The notes: a model not told the origin generated them from the sequence alone. A DNA stretch of 64,000 nt from Octopus vulgaris (GCA_951406725.2 OX597826.1:15066001-15130000), one strand, 5' to 3'; positions 26,256 to 40,291 are shown, counted from the first letter of the stretch. Program-made: numbers and translations.

Positions 26256-27690
26256 TAGGAAACACTACTACAGACAGTACATGGATTTACCAAAGAAATT
26301 GATATGAAATTTGGATTACAAAAATGCGCCAAAGTAACCCTGAAAAGAGGAATACTAATTAAGAGTAGCAACATCACACTAGATAAAGAGAATGAAATAA
26401 GAGAATTAGACCAAAGCCAGACATACAAATATTTAAGAATCCATGAACTAGAAACGATACAACACACACAAATGAAAGAGAAAATAAAGAAAGAATACTT
26501 TAGTTATATCAATACTGAAAACAGAGCTCAATGCTAAAAACAAGATAATATGTATCAACACTCTAGCCGTCCCAGATGTAAGTTACAGCTACAATATCCT
26601 TAACCGGATACTAAATGAGCTAACCAAAATAGACAGGAAAACAAAAGAAATATGGACAGGGTATAGGATGCACCACCCAAAATCTGACATAGAAAGGCTA
26701 TATATACAACGTATAAAAGGTGGTAGAGGCCTTATACAGCTGGAAAACTATTATAAAATAACCACCATAAGACTGCAAAAATACCTACTTCAGAAGCAAG
26801 GAAAACTAATAGCCACAAAACACGAGCAAAACAAAAAACTATTCTCAGTATTTAAGGAAGCTTACAAGTACAAACAAGAAAACATACTGCCTAACAAATA
26901 TGAAGAAGAAGAAGAAACAACAAAAGCTATAAAACAAATGAAATCCAAACTAAAACTAGAACAGTAACGAACCATGATAAAACGATGGCAAGAAAAACCC
27001 CTTCATGGCAAATACTGGGCTAAACTAAATGCAAAAGAAATAGACAGAGAAAAATCCCAGCAATGGTTTAGAAGCTCAGGACTCAAAGCAGAGTCGGAGG
27101 GATTTTTAATTGCAGCACAAGACCAAAGCCTCCTCACCAGAAATTACCAAAAATATATAATGAAAAGAAACATAACAAGTAACTGCAGAATATGTGGAGA
27201 TGGACAAGAAACAATAAATCATATTATCTCTGGCTGCCCAGTCCTGGCTAAGAAGAAATATATTCACAGACACGCCTGAGTTGGGGCCTACATACACTGG
27301 AAGCTATGCCAACACTATGGAATAACAACAGAAAAAAGATGGTATAGGCACACACCAGAAAAGGTCACAGAAAACGAGAAAGCAATCATACTCTCGGATA
27401 TGCCGATACACACAGATAGAGAAATTAAGGCCAAGAGGCCAGATATAGTTGTCAGAGATCATTAGGTATGATAAAAAATATTCATACAAATACGTAACAA
27501 AAACACCAGGACTTACAAATATATATATATAACATACAGAAAATTGCACTACTTGGCACCGTACACATCCTACGCAGAACATTTTCAATACAGTAACCAT
27601 CAAAGCATCACAACAAATCACAGCACATGCCCAAGGCACACAGAGCTGCGCTCGGTAGTGAAGTGAGAGCACGCAATAAAAATAAAACTA

Positions 27691-27693
<3 letters not shown>
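26256..27693 (+). mobile_element. R4/Dong-clade LINE remnant (RT end, CCHC, RLE) in a (TAA)n repeat
   Basis: MKFGLQKC, RLYIQRIKGGRGL, AAQDQ, CRIC...HIISGC, RPDIVV; (TAA)n on both sides (26213-26250, 27694-27743). Confidence 0.9.
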
Positions 27694-27746
<53 letters not shown>

Positions 27747-28016
27747 TGATGATGATGATGATGATAATCGATTAAGTAAACAGAAAATGGAATTAGTATA
27801 ACTTCACTTGTACGACGATTGTTTCGACCCATCTTGCGCCATTTTGAAGCAGAATGGAGACATAATTGCAACATCTTTTGCTACGCAAAATTTCGACAAT
27901 TTTCGCTAAACATCATTCCAGCATTTTCCTTCTAATCAAATTGTCATGTAATTGAAGCAACACAAATTTCAATTATGAAGTGTGAATAACTACGCTTCAT
28001 TTGCTGAAAATATATA

Positions 28017-28538
28017 CTGTAAATCCTCGAGTATAATCCGCATTTTTTTCCCAAAATTTAAAGGTCAAAATCCCTAGTGCGTACTATATACGAGGTTAAA
28101 AATGAAAAATATTTTCTCAGCAATGTCCGTGTCTCTATTTGCTGTCCCACAATGTTTATTCAAACGCATTTTGTGATGTCGGGGGCGAAAATACCTTAAG
28201 CTAAGCCTGAAAGCAATGAAGTCATAAAAGAATCATCCATAACTTGCAGTATGCAACATTTATTAAAATAAAAGTATTCAGAACACAGAATAACATGTAA
28301 CAAAAACAATTTGCAAACATATTTACATTCCCATATAACAATTAAGAACATCACCATTATTGTATTACGCATGCGTGGAAGCGTTTGTTCGACTAGATGC
28401 TGCTGGATTAATTACGCACGACTCAAGTTAGAGAAGGGGTGCGTATTATACACAAGGTTTAGGCTTTTCAGAGGTACATCCTCCTAAAAATTCCCTGCGT
28501 ATTATACTTAAGGGTGGACTATTCTCGAGGATTTATGG
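28017..28538. mobile_element. Tc2/pogo-like MITE
   Basis: ~24-bp TIRs CTGTAAATCCTCGAGTATAATCC / GGACTATTCTCGAGGATTTATGG; TA TSD. Confidence 0.8.
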
Positions 28539-28589
28539 TACGTATCAGACAAATTCGTTCATTCTTTTTCCTCCATTCATTTTAATTTA

Positions 28590-29700
28590 TAATTTTCATC
28601 AACAATTTTAGTAATAATATATTTTCGTTCTTTGTTCACAACTTCTTGCCAACGTTCTACTTGCTTGCCAATGCTTTGTCGGTAAGGTTCTCCAAGTGTT
28701 GAAGAATCCTTCGCGTCACGTTTTCAACTCCATGTCGTTGTTGAATGAAACATCTCGCAGGCTGTTGGAGAGCGAAGGAAAATACAAAGGGCGTGGTAGA
28801 ACTTCCCAACCGAGCATTTGAACACGATTTTTAATCAAAGTAGTGACGCCATGTCACCCGTTGCGTCGTTCCAGTTGGATTGCCCCGTTGATCTGGTCCA
28901 TTTGCTGAAGGTAATGCGCCTCATTGACCATGCGACCGTTTCCGAAAATTTCCGAGTAGATTAACTCTTCAATCTCACCAACCAATGATCATTGTTTTGC
29001 ACGGTTTCAGCTCTGTCATTTCGAGGTGTTGCTTGCTTTTCGGGACTCATATAATTTCCCCATTACTTCATATTGACGTAAATACACCATTTTTCATCGC
29101 CAATGACGACACGGTAAAGAAATCTGTTTGTGTCCATGAGTAGCATGTTGATGAGTGAATAAACTCACGACAATAGAGTAGCGCTGGAGGTTTCCTCTTT
29201 GGTTCAGAGCATGTGACACATATGTACCGAGTATTTTAATCTTACACGTCGAATGAGTGTGCCGGGCAAAGGCATCAGGAGAGCATCCCGTTTGCTGGGC
29301 CAATTCGCAAGTGAACTGGCGCGGATCCTAATGAGTGAGCTGGTTCAATCCATCCTCATCGAATCAAACAAGTCAGCCGGAACGCAGAGAGTGTGTGAGT
29401 TGGAAATTCCTCTCTTTGAAGCATGGAAACCATTTCTGTGCAGCTCTTCCCGTAACAGCACTTTCTCCGTTTTCAGCCCAAACGTCTCGAGCAGCTTTGG
29501 CTGTTTTGGAAACAAGACTGAAAGCAAAGAGAAGACAGGTATAAAAAAAAAAATGCTCATTTTTTTGGTGTTTGGTAGACCATCGTCATATGTTAGACAA
29601 AAGGTAAAAATTTATTCAAATTTCAAAGACGATAAGCAAAATTTGTAGAAACAGAGTAGCGACAGAAAAAACATAAAAACACTACAAACTCTTGTAAATG
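28590..29700 (-). mobile_element. Degenerate mariner transposon
   Basis: Minus-strand remnants (RNGFHASKRG, EKWCIY, LGWEVLP); same family as 1280-2400. Confidence 0.75.
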
Positions 29701-29787
29701 TATATTGACTCTGGAAATCATGACAGTTCAAATAACACTCAAAAGAAACGATGGAATTTATTTCTCTCAATATAGAGAAACATTATC

Positions 29788-29947
29788 AGGAGCGGATGTG
29801 TGGTAAGTAGCTTACTTACCAACCACATGATTCCGGGTTCATTCCCACTGCATGGCACCTTGGGCAAGTGTCTTCTACTGTAGCCTCGGGCCGACCAAAG
29901 ACTTGTGAGTGGATTTGGTAGACGGAAACTGAAAGAAGCCCGTCGTA

Positions 29948-30002
<55 letters not shown>

Positions 30003-30115
30003 ATGTTCTTTATATATATATGTATACTATATATATATATATGTATACAAAAAAAATTTTTTATATATATATATATATGTATATATATATTCAGGTTTTT
30101 TTATATGTTCTTTTT

Positions 30116-30190
<75 letters not shown>

Positions 30191-30260
30191 TATTATATTT
30201 TATTATATATGTATATATATATATAATAATTTTTTTTTTATATATGTTTATATATATATG

Positions 30261-30297
<37 letters not shown>

Positions 30298-30416
30298 GTT
30301 TTTTTTTTTTTGTTTTTTTATGTATAAAAAAAAAAATATACATATATATATATATGTATACATATATATATATGTATACATATATATATATGTATACATA
30401 TATATATATGAAAATA

Positions 30417-30456
<40 letters not shown>

Positions 30457-30494
30457 TTTTAGTATACATATATTATATGTATACATATATATAT

Positions 30495-30542
<48 letters not shown>

Positions 30543-31003
30543 ATATATATATATATTGTATATATATAGTATACATATATATAGATATATATATATACAT
30601 ATATATATATTATATATATATAAAAAAAAACGGAAAAAAAAAAAGACGAAGACAGGTGGTGTAGCAAACAAACAGATGTATTAGTATAACGCTCGGGAAT
30701 TGAAAAAGTCTTTAACGTTTCGAGCCTACGCTCTTCCACATAAAGGAACACAGAAAGAAACAAGAAGAGAAGAAGAATGTGTGTAGTGGCTACTGATATG
30801 TATGTATGTGTGTGTATATGTTTGTATATCTGTGCTTGTCCCCCACTATCGCTTGACAACCGATGGTGGTGTGCTTACGTCCCCGTAACTTAGCGGCTCA
30901 GCAAAATACACCGATAGAATAAATACTAGACTTACAAAGAATAAGTCCTGGGGTCGATTTGCTAGGTTAAAGCCGCAGTCAAATGACTGAAACAAGTAAA
31001 AGA
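29788..31003 (+). mobile_element. SINE family B with ~700-bp AT expansion and PLE fragment (30640-30790)
   Basis: Head 29788-29946, tail 30830-31003; degenerate hammerhead at 30710-30745 (minus). Confidence 0.8.
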
Positions 31004-31727
31004 CTCAAAAATAATGCATTTTGTTTTGATTTTACGACCGAAATGCGACAAAATATTTTACTTTTCAATAAAATGCTCCACGAATAGAGATAAAAAAATG
31101 TTCGGGAACTACTTTACAATGAGAAGCACCCTCCTGCCATTCACAGGGAGAAAACCTGCCTACACCTACATTGGAGCAGAGCCCACTTCGTATCCAAATT
31201 TATCGCTTATCTCCAGAGCGCTACGGAAAACTGGATATAAGTGTAAACTTTATGGATCATCGTAATTCGGAAAGGGTTAGTAAATATCGGAATCAGTTGA
31301 GAAGGTTTGTAGGAAGACATAACACGGCTCCAAGATTCACACGTGAGGTAACGCACATGCACAAGCGCACACACACGCGCGCGCATAAACACACACACAC
31401 ACACAAACATACATAACCCAGAAACAGGTGGTAAGTGGTAGGATCTGCCTGTGTAATAATGTTAACAGACTGTGGTATGTTTTATTCAATGGATTTGTCA
31501 ATATTTGCGCCACTGTCGCGGTTTTTCCTTTACTCCACATGCCAGCTAAACGACTGCTGTCACATCTTTCTCTTCATTCTCCTGAATAGTCCTTCTTTTA
31601 GCTTATTATTTTCTTTTCGCTATTTTTAATCGTCTCAGCCTAGCAACAGTTGTAACATAGCAATAAATAAGCGAATGTTTCTTCGTAAAAATATATCAAC
31701 ACGAACGTTATATATACACACACACTC

Positions 31728-31803
<76 letters not shown>

Positions 31804-31874
31804 ATGCGTATATATATGTGTGTGTGTGTGTATATATATATATATGTGTATATATATATGTGTATATATATATG

Positions 31875-31905
<31 letters not shown>

Positions 31906-31906
31906 G

Positions 31907-32017
<111 letters not shown>

Positions 32018-32379
32018 CACATTTCTAGGCTCGCACGTGTATACATATGCATGGGTTTGTATTGTAAGACAATTTTGGACGAAACAGAAACATATCTAAA
32101 TTTCGTTTGTTTGTGCATGCGCCCACACACAGTTTCACATAGCTATAACTTTGTGTAAATGAGAGAGTATATTTGTGTGTGTGTATGTGTATGTGTGTGT
32201 GTGTCTGTGTGTGTGGGGGGTATTGACGCATATTTACTCAAGTATCTATGATTAATAAAAACAGTTTACTTTGTGTGTGAGTGCTTATGCACGAATGATC
32301 CTTGGGTCTGTAAATCTTGTCTCTTCTTCTCTCCTCTCCTTCTCCTCCTCCTCCTCCTCCTCTTACCACCACCACCACC

Positions 32380-32438
<59 letters not shown>

Positions 32439-32465
32439 AGCTGCTCCTGCTGCAATCCATGCATA

Positions 32466-32514
<49 letters not shown>

Positions 32515-32578
32515 GTCTGTCTGTCTGTCTGTATGTCTGTCTATCTATCTATCTCTGTCTGTCTTTCTGCCTGCCTGC

Positions 32579-32690
<112 letters not shown>

Positions 32691-33052
32691 ATCTCTATCT
32701 ATCTTTCTATCTATCTATCTATTCCTCTATACAAATGCATCAATAATTTATTCAAATTCCTATTCCTTATCGTTCGTTGTATTCTTTTTATTGTAAATCT
32801 TCCTAGTATGTGTCTATCTTTTCAGTATAACCTTGGTTACTCGATCTGAGAAATAGTAGCAAAATCTCAGTCAGATCATATCCTTGTGTGCTATGAAGGG
32901 AAGCAGGGGTGTTCTTCTCTCCTAGACACACATGCACACACAAACACAAACACACACACGTTACATTTTGATTGCGATACTCTCGCAAACTGCATTTACC
33001 AACGCTATTTCATATCACAAATTTATTGAAATCTGATTAACAGCAGAATATT

Positions 33053-33437
33053 CTTTTCTACTCTAGACACAAGGCCCGAATTTTGGAGGGAGGGAGTCAG
33101 TGGATTAGATCGACTGGTACTTAATTCATCGACCCCGAAAGGGTGAAAGGCAAAGTCGACCTCGTCGGAATTTGAACTCAGAACGTAAAGACAGACGAAA
33201 TACCTATTTCTTCACTACCCACAAGGGGCTAAACACAGAGAGGACAAACAAGGACAGACATAGGTATTAAGTCGTTTATATCGACCCCAGTGCGTAACTG
33301 GTACTTATTTAATCAACCCCGAAAGGATGAAAGGCAAATCGACCTCGGCGGAATTTGAACTCAGAACGTAGCGGCAGACGAAATACCGGTAAGCATTTCG
33401 CCCGGCACGCTAACGTTTCTGCCAGCTCGCCGCCATC
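33053..33437 (-). mobile_element. SINE family C with duplicated core
   Basis: 17-bp TSD ATTAACAGCAGAATATT at 33036-33052 and 33438-33454; older divergent copy at 33470-33685 (+). Confidence 0.9.
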
Positions 33438-34457
33438 ATTAACAGCAGAATATTATAGAATTGATTGAGCGATGAGCTGGCAGAAACGTTGGCGCGCCGG
33501 GCAAAATGCTTAGCTGCATTACGACCGTCTCCACGTGCATTGTTCAAATTCCGCCGAGGTCAACTTTATCTCTTTATCCTTTCGGGGTCGATAAAATAAG
33601 TAGCAGTCATGCACTGGTTCGATGTAATCGATTTACTCCCTCCCTCGAACTTGCTCACGTTGTGCCAAAATTTGAAACCAATATTATGGAAATGTTACGT
33701 GCAACTAAAATTATTCGCAATATAATTAATCAAATAAAAAATATAAACAAATAAATAAAAGTATAATAAATAATATAAATAAATAAAATCAGCATAAATA
33801 ATATAAGTAAACAAATGAATGAAACCTTACCTGGCACAATATACTCGATAAGTCTATAATACATTAAAAGTCAGATTGAATCTTGCTTGCTTGCAGTGTT
33901 ACTCAGCCAAACTGGCACATTATGGAAAATACTATGAATTAAGTTTTCCCAGAAATGTAACTACGAATGGAATGAAAGAAATTTCGCGTAAATCGGATAA
34001 TTGGTCGTGAAGATATTAAGGGTTTTCGGGGTATAAATACCCAAAACGATGAACAACGGGAAAAGTTTCCGAAATTAACTTAATCCTGAAAGGGAAGTAA
34101 CTCATACCTTTCGATTGGACAGTAACTTGACAACGAAAAAATACGACTTGTGTTTTACAGTAAATGTTTCTATTTTCGCTTTTTGCTAAACACAGTATTT
34201 TAATCATTTAAAAATATTTTTAAGTGAAAGTGATTTAAAAAATGTAAGTTGTTCGTACAATAAGTATTTATATTTTATCTTTCTTTAAACTGACAATATT
34301 TTAATGTTTTTTAAAATTTATTTTCAAGGGAATTCCATTATAAACATTTTTTGGCATAAATATTTCGTAAAAGACCCGATCGTAACCTTGGTGTGAAAAA
34401 CTTTTCCCCATAGGTTTTTTCGAGTTCATTCAACGTATCTCACTTCCAAAGATTTGC

Positions 34458-34556
34458 CTGCTATTTCTAGCACGCCCTGCTACCACGTTACTGCTATTTG
34501 ATATAAAAGACCCGAAGTACCTGTTACGTGGTAGCAGGGCATGCAATAAATAGCAG
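34458..34556 (-). ncRNA. Candidate pre-miRNA-like / long hairpin
   Basis: 34-nt arms with 3 mismatches and one G-U on the minus strand; 31-nt loop; unique sequence. Confidence 0.4.
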
Positions 34557-34759
34557 CTGAATCTTGCCTTTTCTGGGGAAAGGAGCCACTTACGCGTGAT
34601 TTCGATGTCACATTCGTTGAAAGTATGCAAAATAACCTGGAAGAGAAAAAACCCCTCGAAACAAAACTCCGTTGCTGGAAAACTCAGACTTTCCCGGTGA
34701 CCGAAAGGGGCCACGGGTAGTTTAGTCTAATACAAAAATCACGAATTACCTATAACTAA

Positions 34760-35226
34760 TTCTTTATTCTTTTATTCTTTTACGTGTTTCAGTGATTTGA
34801 CTGCGGCCATGCTGGAACACCGCATTGAAATATTTTAGTCGAACCGATGGATCCCAGAGCTTATTTTTTGTAAAACCTGGTTTTATTCTATCGTCACTTT
34901 TGCCGAACCGTTAAGTTACGGGGACATAAACACTCCAACACCGGTTGCCAAGCGGTAATGGGGGACAAACACAGACACACTCACATAGATATATACATAT
35001 GTATCTACCTATCAATCCACTCACAGGGGTTTTGTCGGCCCGAGGCTATAGTAGAAGACATTTGCCCAAAGTGCTGCTCAATGGGATTGACCATAGGACC
35101 ATTATTTACATTTGACGGATATTTGTCTTCATCTTGTTTTGACTGATATACCCTCCAGCCTTCATCAGGCGTCTTGGAGAAATTTCGAACCTGGGTTTTC
35201 CTAAGGTATTTTTAGATGTTGTTGTC

Positions 35227-35273
<47 letters not shown>

Positions 35274-35420
35274 CATTATTATTATTATTCAGGTCACTGC
35301 TTGGAATCGAACTCGGAATCTTGGGGTTAGTAGCCCACGCTCTTAACCACTACGCCATATGCCCACATGGATATGTGGTTGGGAAGCAAACTTCTTACCA
35401 CACGGCCACGCTTGCGCCTA
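34760..35420 (-). mobile_element. SINE family B interrupted by a tRNA-head/hammerhead module (35101-35370)
   Basis: SINE sequence ...GGACC|ATGTGGTT split by an insert matching 8400-8602. Confidence 0.8.
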
Positions 35421-35792
35421 TAATGCGACAAAAATATGATCAGGAACATCACTTTATTAATAATGCAGAGGGGAGAAAGTGAAAAAAAAAATAATAATAA
35501 GGAACTCATATAAAGATAATAAAATACATTACTACGTTTATATATTTGTTTTGCAAGATTCTTGATGTGAAATCGTGTGATGAAACAGATGTTGTTGTAT
35601 TTATTGGCTAAACTGGAAAAATGACCATTCCTAAATACAACAACAAAATACATTACATTTTGGATGAAGAAGTTTACATTTTTCAATGAGATAACTGGGG
35701 TGAGATGACAGTTAACAATAATATGAATAATAATGTAAAAATTTGCGATCGTGTCTCATATTAGAGGCCAACCCATTCTTATGTTTCACTGT

Positions 35793-36000
35793 TTACTCAA
35801 TAGCAGCGCCCCCCTCACTCGCATAGTAGGATAATTCTGCTCTCCAGGACTCTCGGGGCGGGATCGTCCCGAAAGTCAAGGTCGCCATGATGCTTTTCTT
35901 TTTTTCTTTTAGGAGGGGGTCTGATAAATAGCGATGGGCTCTGGACTGATGTACTGACCGGCACTTCACTCTCACAGGCCCTATTTAAAGTATAGCTAGC
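35793..36000 (-). promoter_or_regulatory. Candidate TATA/Inr promoter and first exon with short ORF
   Basis: Minus strand TTTAAATA ~30-34 nt before TCAGT; ATCATGG Kozak; possible donors GTGAGG and GTAAAC; CpG-rich, unique. Confidence 0.35.
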
Positions 36001-36571
36001 TTTCATTCGCGAATGCGCATGGCTGGCAACAGGAATCATGCGTTCGCTAACTGTTTTATGTAGACTTAAGTGTAGATACCTTTTTAGCCCCTACCACGTC
36101 TTTCAAGCAGTAAAGCATACAGGATGTGACATCCAGAACGAAAGAAGTATGTTACGAATTACTTTTTGTACTCATTACAAGTGAGTAGTCTAAATATTTA
36201 ATAATGAAGTACTTAGTCAAGGACACAACGCCACTTGGCTCAGGAACTGAACCCACGACTTTATATGATTATGAACCGACTGCCCAAATAGTTAGGCCAT
36301 GCGCCTTTACTCAGTAGTGCACTGATATAGCTAAATCCACTTTCAATCACAGATGAGTATGACAGTATAAATTTATCGACGGTTGTCCTACGATTTGAGT
36401 ATTTGGTTGTGTTTTCCATGTTTTAGAAATTTTTGAACAATTTTGTCAAGTTCAACATTCAATCAATGCCGCATGACTTTAAAATTGTGCTTAAAACATT
36501 CATTTAAGTTTTTGCATACCTACACACACACACACACATATTTTTTCTCTCCTTGATTTTTTTCTGTGTCC

Positions 36572-36607
36572 CTTTCTGTAGAAGAGCGTAGGCTCGAAAC
36601 GTAAAAG
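36572..36607 (+). ncRNA. Minimal hammerhead-like motif, variant core (also 44140-44175 and 50335-50370 minus)
   Basis: CUUU-CUGUAGA-A-GAGC-GUAG-GCUC-GAAA-CG-UA-AAAG in a PLE-type fragment (36545-36700) next to (TA)n. Confidence 0.55.
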
Positions 36608-36693
36608 ACCTTTTCAATTCTTGAGCGTTATACTAATCCATCTGTTTGTTTTGTACCCCACCTGTCTTCGTCTTTTGTTTTTTCGTGAACTCT

Positions 36694-36762
<69 letters not shown>

Positions 36763-36775
36763 CATGTATGTATGT

Positions 36776-36818
<43 letters not shown>

Positions 36819-37489
36819 AGAGACTGAGAGTTAGATGTAAATGTGCATGAACGGGTGTGTGTATGGATGCATGTGTGTGCAAAAGCAACATGGGCAAAAA
36901 TGTACATCTACAGCTCGTTTAGATTGCCAACGCTCTTAACAAGGTTTTCTTACCAACTAAAGATACGGTACTACTTTACTTAGCTTTCAATGAAACTTGT
37001 TTGCCGCTCGTATAGCTTGATATATCATATAAACATTTATATATCAATTTAGAAAGTGAAATGGACATAAATTCAATGTGGTATGATAGATAATTCAGTC
37101 GTTAGGCGGCGCTTAGAGATTTATAAGGCATATAAACCATTTTGTATTAAACACCGTAGTCGTGATTTTTTATGCGTGCATCCCTCTCACATAGATTACT
37201 TTAATTGTTAGTGTTTTCCATTGGCAGTTGATTGGCTGAATCGTTGGAGAAGCAGAAAAATACATTGCAATATTTTGTTTCAGTTCTCTCCATTTTGAGT
37301 CCGAATGTCAACTTTCATCCCTACAGGGATGATAAAATAAGATAGGGTGCCAGTCAAGCCGGGATCAATTGTAATTGACGAAACCTCTTCTCCAAATATC
37401 CAGGTCTTGGGCCTGTGTTGTGAGTGATTATCAATGTTTCTACTATTTAAAAAATGTTTTTTTATTTTTATCTAGTTTCAGCTCACAAA

Positions 37490-37845
37490 CTGTGGCCATG
37501 TTGGGGCACCGTCATTTGGTATTGCTACATGATTTTACTTCTCGAATGCTTTTTAGCAATTGCCATTTGGTGCATGAGAGAGTTCGATGCAGCTGCCCTC
37601 ATCTGCACCTCCTGCCATGAAGTTGGTTCATCTGGGACACCTGACAAGAAGAGATCCAGTTTTATTTTAAAGACATCTGCATCCACCCCATGCAGGTCTC
37701 TTAGGTTCTTCGGGAGGATATTGAAGAGCTGTGGGCCTCGGAAGCCCAGGCTATCACAGTGTCTTGTCCTACATCTTGATGGCAAATTTGGAGTCCTTGG
37801 CACTATACAGTGGCGCCCAGTTCTGGCATTTGTGTAACTCTCGAC
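37490..37845 (-). mobile_element. CR1-like LINE 3' end
   Basis: SLGFRGPQLFNILPKNLRD...FKIKLDLFLSGVPDEP typical CR1/L2-group C-terminus. Confidence 0.8.
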
Positions 37846-38769
37846 GCTATGTAGTTTTATCGCTCAACACTTCTCTCTGGAGACAAGGACAGTGAGAGTG
37901 TTCCCCGTGACCCTTCCCATGACACTCAGGTGTGTGCGTGTGTGCGCGTGTGTATGTGTGTATGTATGTACATGTTCACATACATAGCAACATGTGTATA
38001 TGTATGTATGTATGTAAGGTGATGAGAATAAATATTTTGCAAAAGAGCGAGAAAATATTTCTTTTGCAATGTTGAAGCAAAGGTGTCACTGAAATTTAAT
38101 AAATCAACGAATGTTTTAAATGTAATTCAACATAAAAACTAAAAGGTGTGTTTGTGTGTGCCTGCACATGCATTGTATACCATCTGCTCCAATTAAAAAG
38201 CTATATGGAGATCGGTGCGAGCTTCAGTAGTCGATCAAAATATTTTGAAAGGGTAGCACAAGATATAGTGCAGCAGCTGTCATTGTTGCTAACGTAACCT
38301 GATCCAGAGCCATGCACACACAAAAGCCCACCGGCCACCATAATTGATTGGTCCAGGACGACCACCATTATCGCCAAACTAGATATCACACCAATTCTAC
38401 CATCAAATATCTGAAGCCTGTTACAGCTCAACAGAAAAATCTTCAAACGTGAGAGACTTTTCTGTATGCAATCAATCATTATGCATAGCACTTGCTGAAA
38501 ACATATCAATCTGCAGGGATTAGGGATACAGAAGCACATTTATCAAAGTGTATTGTGTTTCGTAGAGACAGGAAAGAAAGAAGTCATGGTAGACACACCG
38601 TGTTCGTCTATGATGTCATACTCTTAAACCTGTTGTCACGTTCAACCTGAGTCCGTAACACATCAATAGTACATTTGAAGTAGTTCAATGTGATAATATA
38701 TACATTATATTGTTCACCTGAGGAAGATATTATGTACATGTTATATGATAAATCTGAAGAAAGACTTAA

Positions 38770-39935
38770 AATGATTAAAAAAAGTACTAATGAAAGTAGA
38801 TTAACTCATCAATGTATTCTTTGGGACTTCAACTTTCTCAACATCAGATAATCCGAAAGCAACAAGATTTGAGGAATGCCACTCAAAGAAGTGAATTATC
38901 CAGAATCTCTTCTTGATCTCACAAAAACAATGTTTTTAGAAATAATAATATTTTTTGCCGACCAGAAACATCTTAGACAACTGCTTCGCCAAATACGTGG
39001 AATTTTTCCTCAATGTGAAAGTTCTGCCAACGATTTTCTCGGATCACAACATAATAGAACTAACAAAATATGGTCTGAAGCTGACCAAAGATGAATACTT
39101 CACAAGAAACACCCTAACCCTATCCAGTTTGCATTTCTACAGAGCTGACTGAAAATCGGTTCAAAACGAAATCCTAAAACAAAATTAGCCCCAAACTCTC
39201 TATTCAAGACAATGACATGAAACTCAAAGAATTTTTGTCAATACTGTAAGTCAAATGCAAAATCATTTTTCGTCCTAATGAGACGAAAAATAAAGATTTC
39301 AAATTTTGTAAAAAAACAACAAAAAAACCCAAACAAACAAACAAAAAAAAAACAAACTTAATGGCAGCATATAGCCACACCTTAAAAAGGCACTTTTCGA
39401 AATCGAAAAGATCTCAAGAAAGAGAAGAAAAACACAACAGTTGAAAATATAAAAAATTAACCCTAAGGGATTCTATTAATTTGCACAATTCAGAAGTGTG
39501 TTCACTTCCTAACAGGAAGATGTGGAAATAATGAGTCTTATGAGTTGATCAACACCGCAGATACAAACAGAAAGAAAATGGCAGCTATCGATTGATACAA
39601 AAGAAGAGGATTGGACAGCGCCCACTGATGAGATGAACTTAAACTCAGCGACGGGTTCTCGTGATTTTCCAGTTATTCTAAAATCTTCCAAAGAAGTTCT
39701 CGCAAAATCACTGCGGATAATTTTCCAGAGCTATTTTGCACGTGACGAACTTTCCAGAATGTTAAAAGAAGGTATAAAATGACGTTTAAAGAAGGTATTG
39801 TATGCTTTATCCCATAAAGGAGAGAAAGTACACGAGATCTTAAAAATTGCAGGCCTGTCTCCATGATCTCATAAGCTAGCAAAGTCATGGAACGCATTGT
39901 CAGCATTAAGATAATCACATTCCGATAAGAAAATT
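38770..39935 (+). mobile_element. Highly degenerate APE-RT LINE remnant (CR1-like)
   Basis: DFNF, PTRNILD, SDHNII (APE) and KGE..KNCRPVSMIS..SKVMERIV (RT start). Confidence 0.7.
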
Positions 39936-39989
39936 ACTTGCGTACTGTCACGTAGTGTAGCTGCCACCTTTCACAACTACTCCACCATG

Positions 39990-39995
39990 CCATAC

Positions 39996-40026
<31 letters not shown>

Positions 40027-40291
40027 CATACGTACATACATACATACGTACATACATACATACATACATACGTACATAGATACATACATACATACATACT
40101 TACATACATACATACATACGTACATAGATACATACATACATACATACATACATACATACATACATACATACGTACATACATACGTACATACATACATACA
40201 TACGTACATAGATACATACATACATACATACTTACATACATACATACATACGTACATAGATACATACATACATACATACATACATACATAC

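Noticed and set aside
35291-35364. Possible tRNA-Ser gene
   Set aside because: Acceptor and T stems are mismatched and the long variable arm is missing; treated as a tRNA-derived element head.
38715-38765. CTGAGGA...GAAG hammerhead-like string (also CTGAAGA at 15019 and 19248)
   Set aside because: No GAAA, stem III or cleavage triplet with matching stem I.
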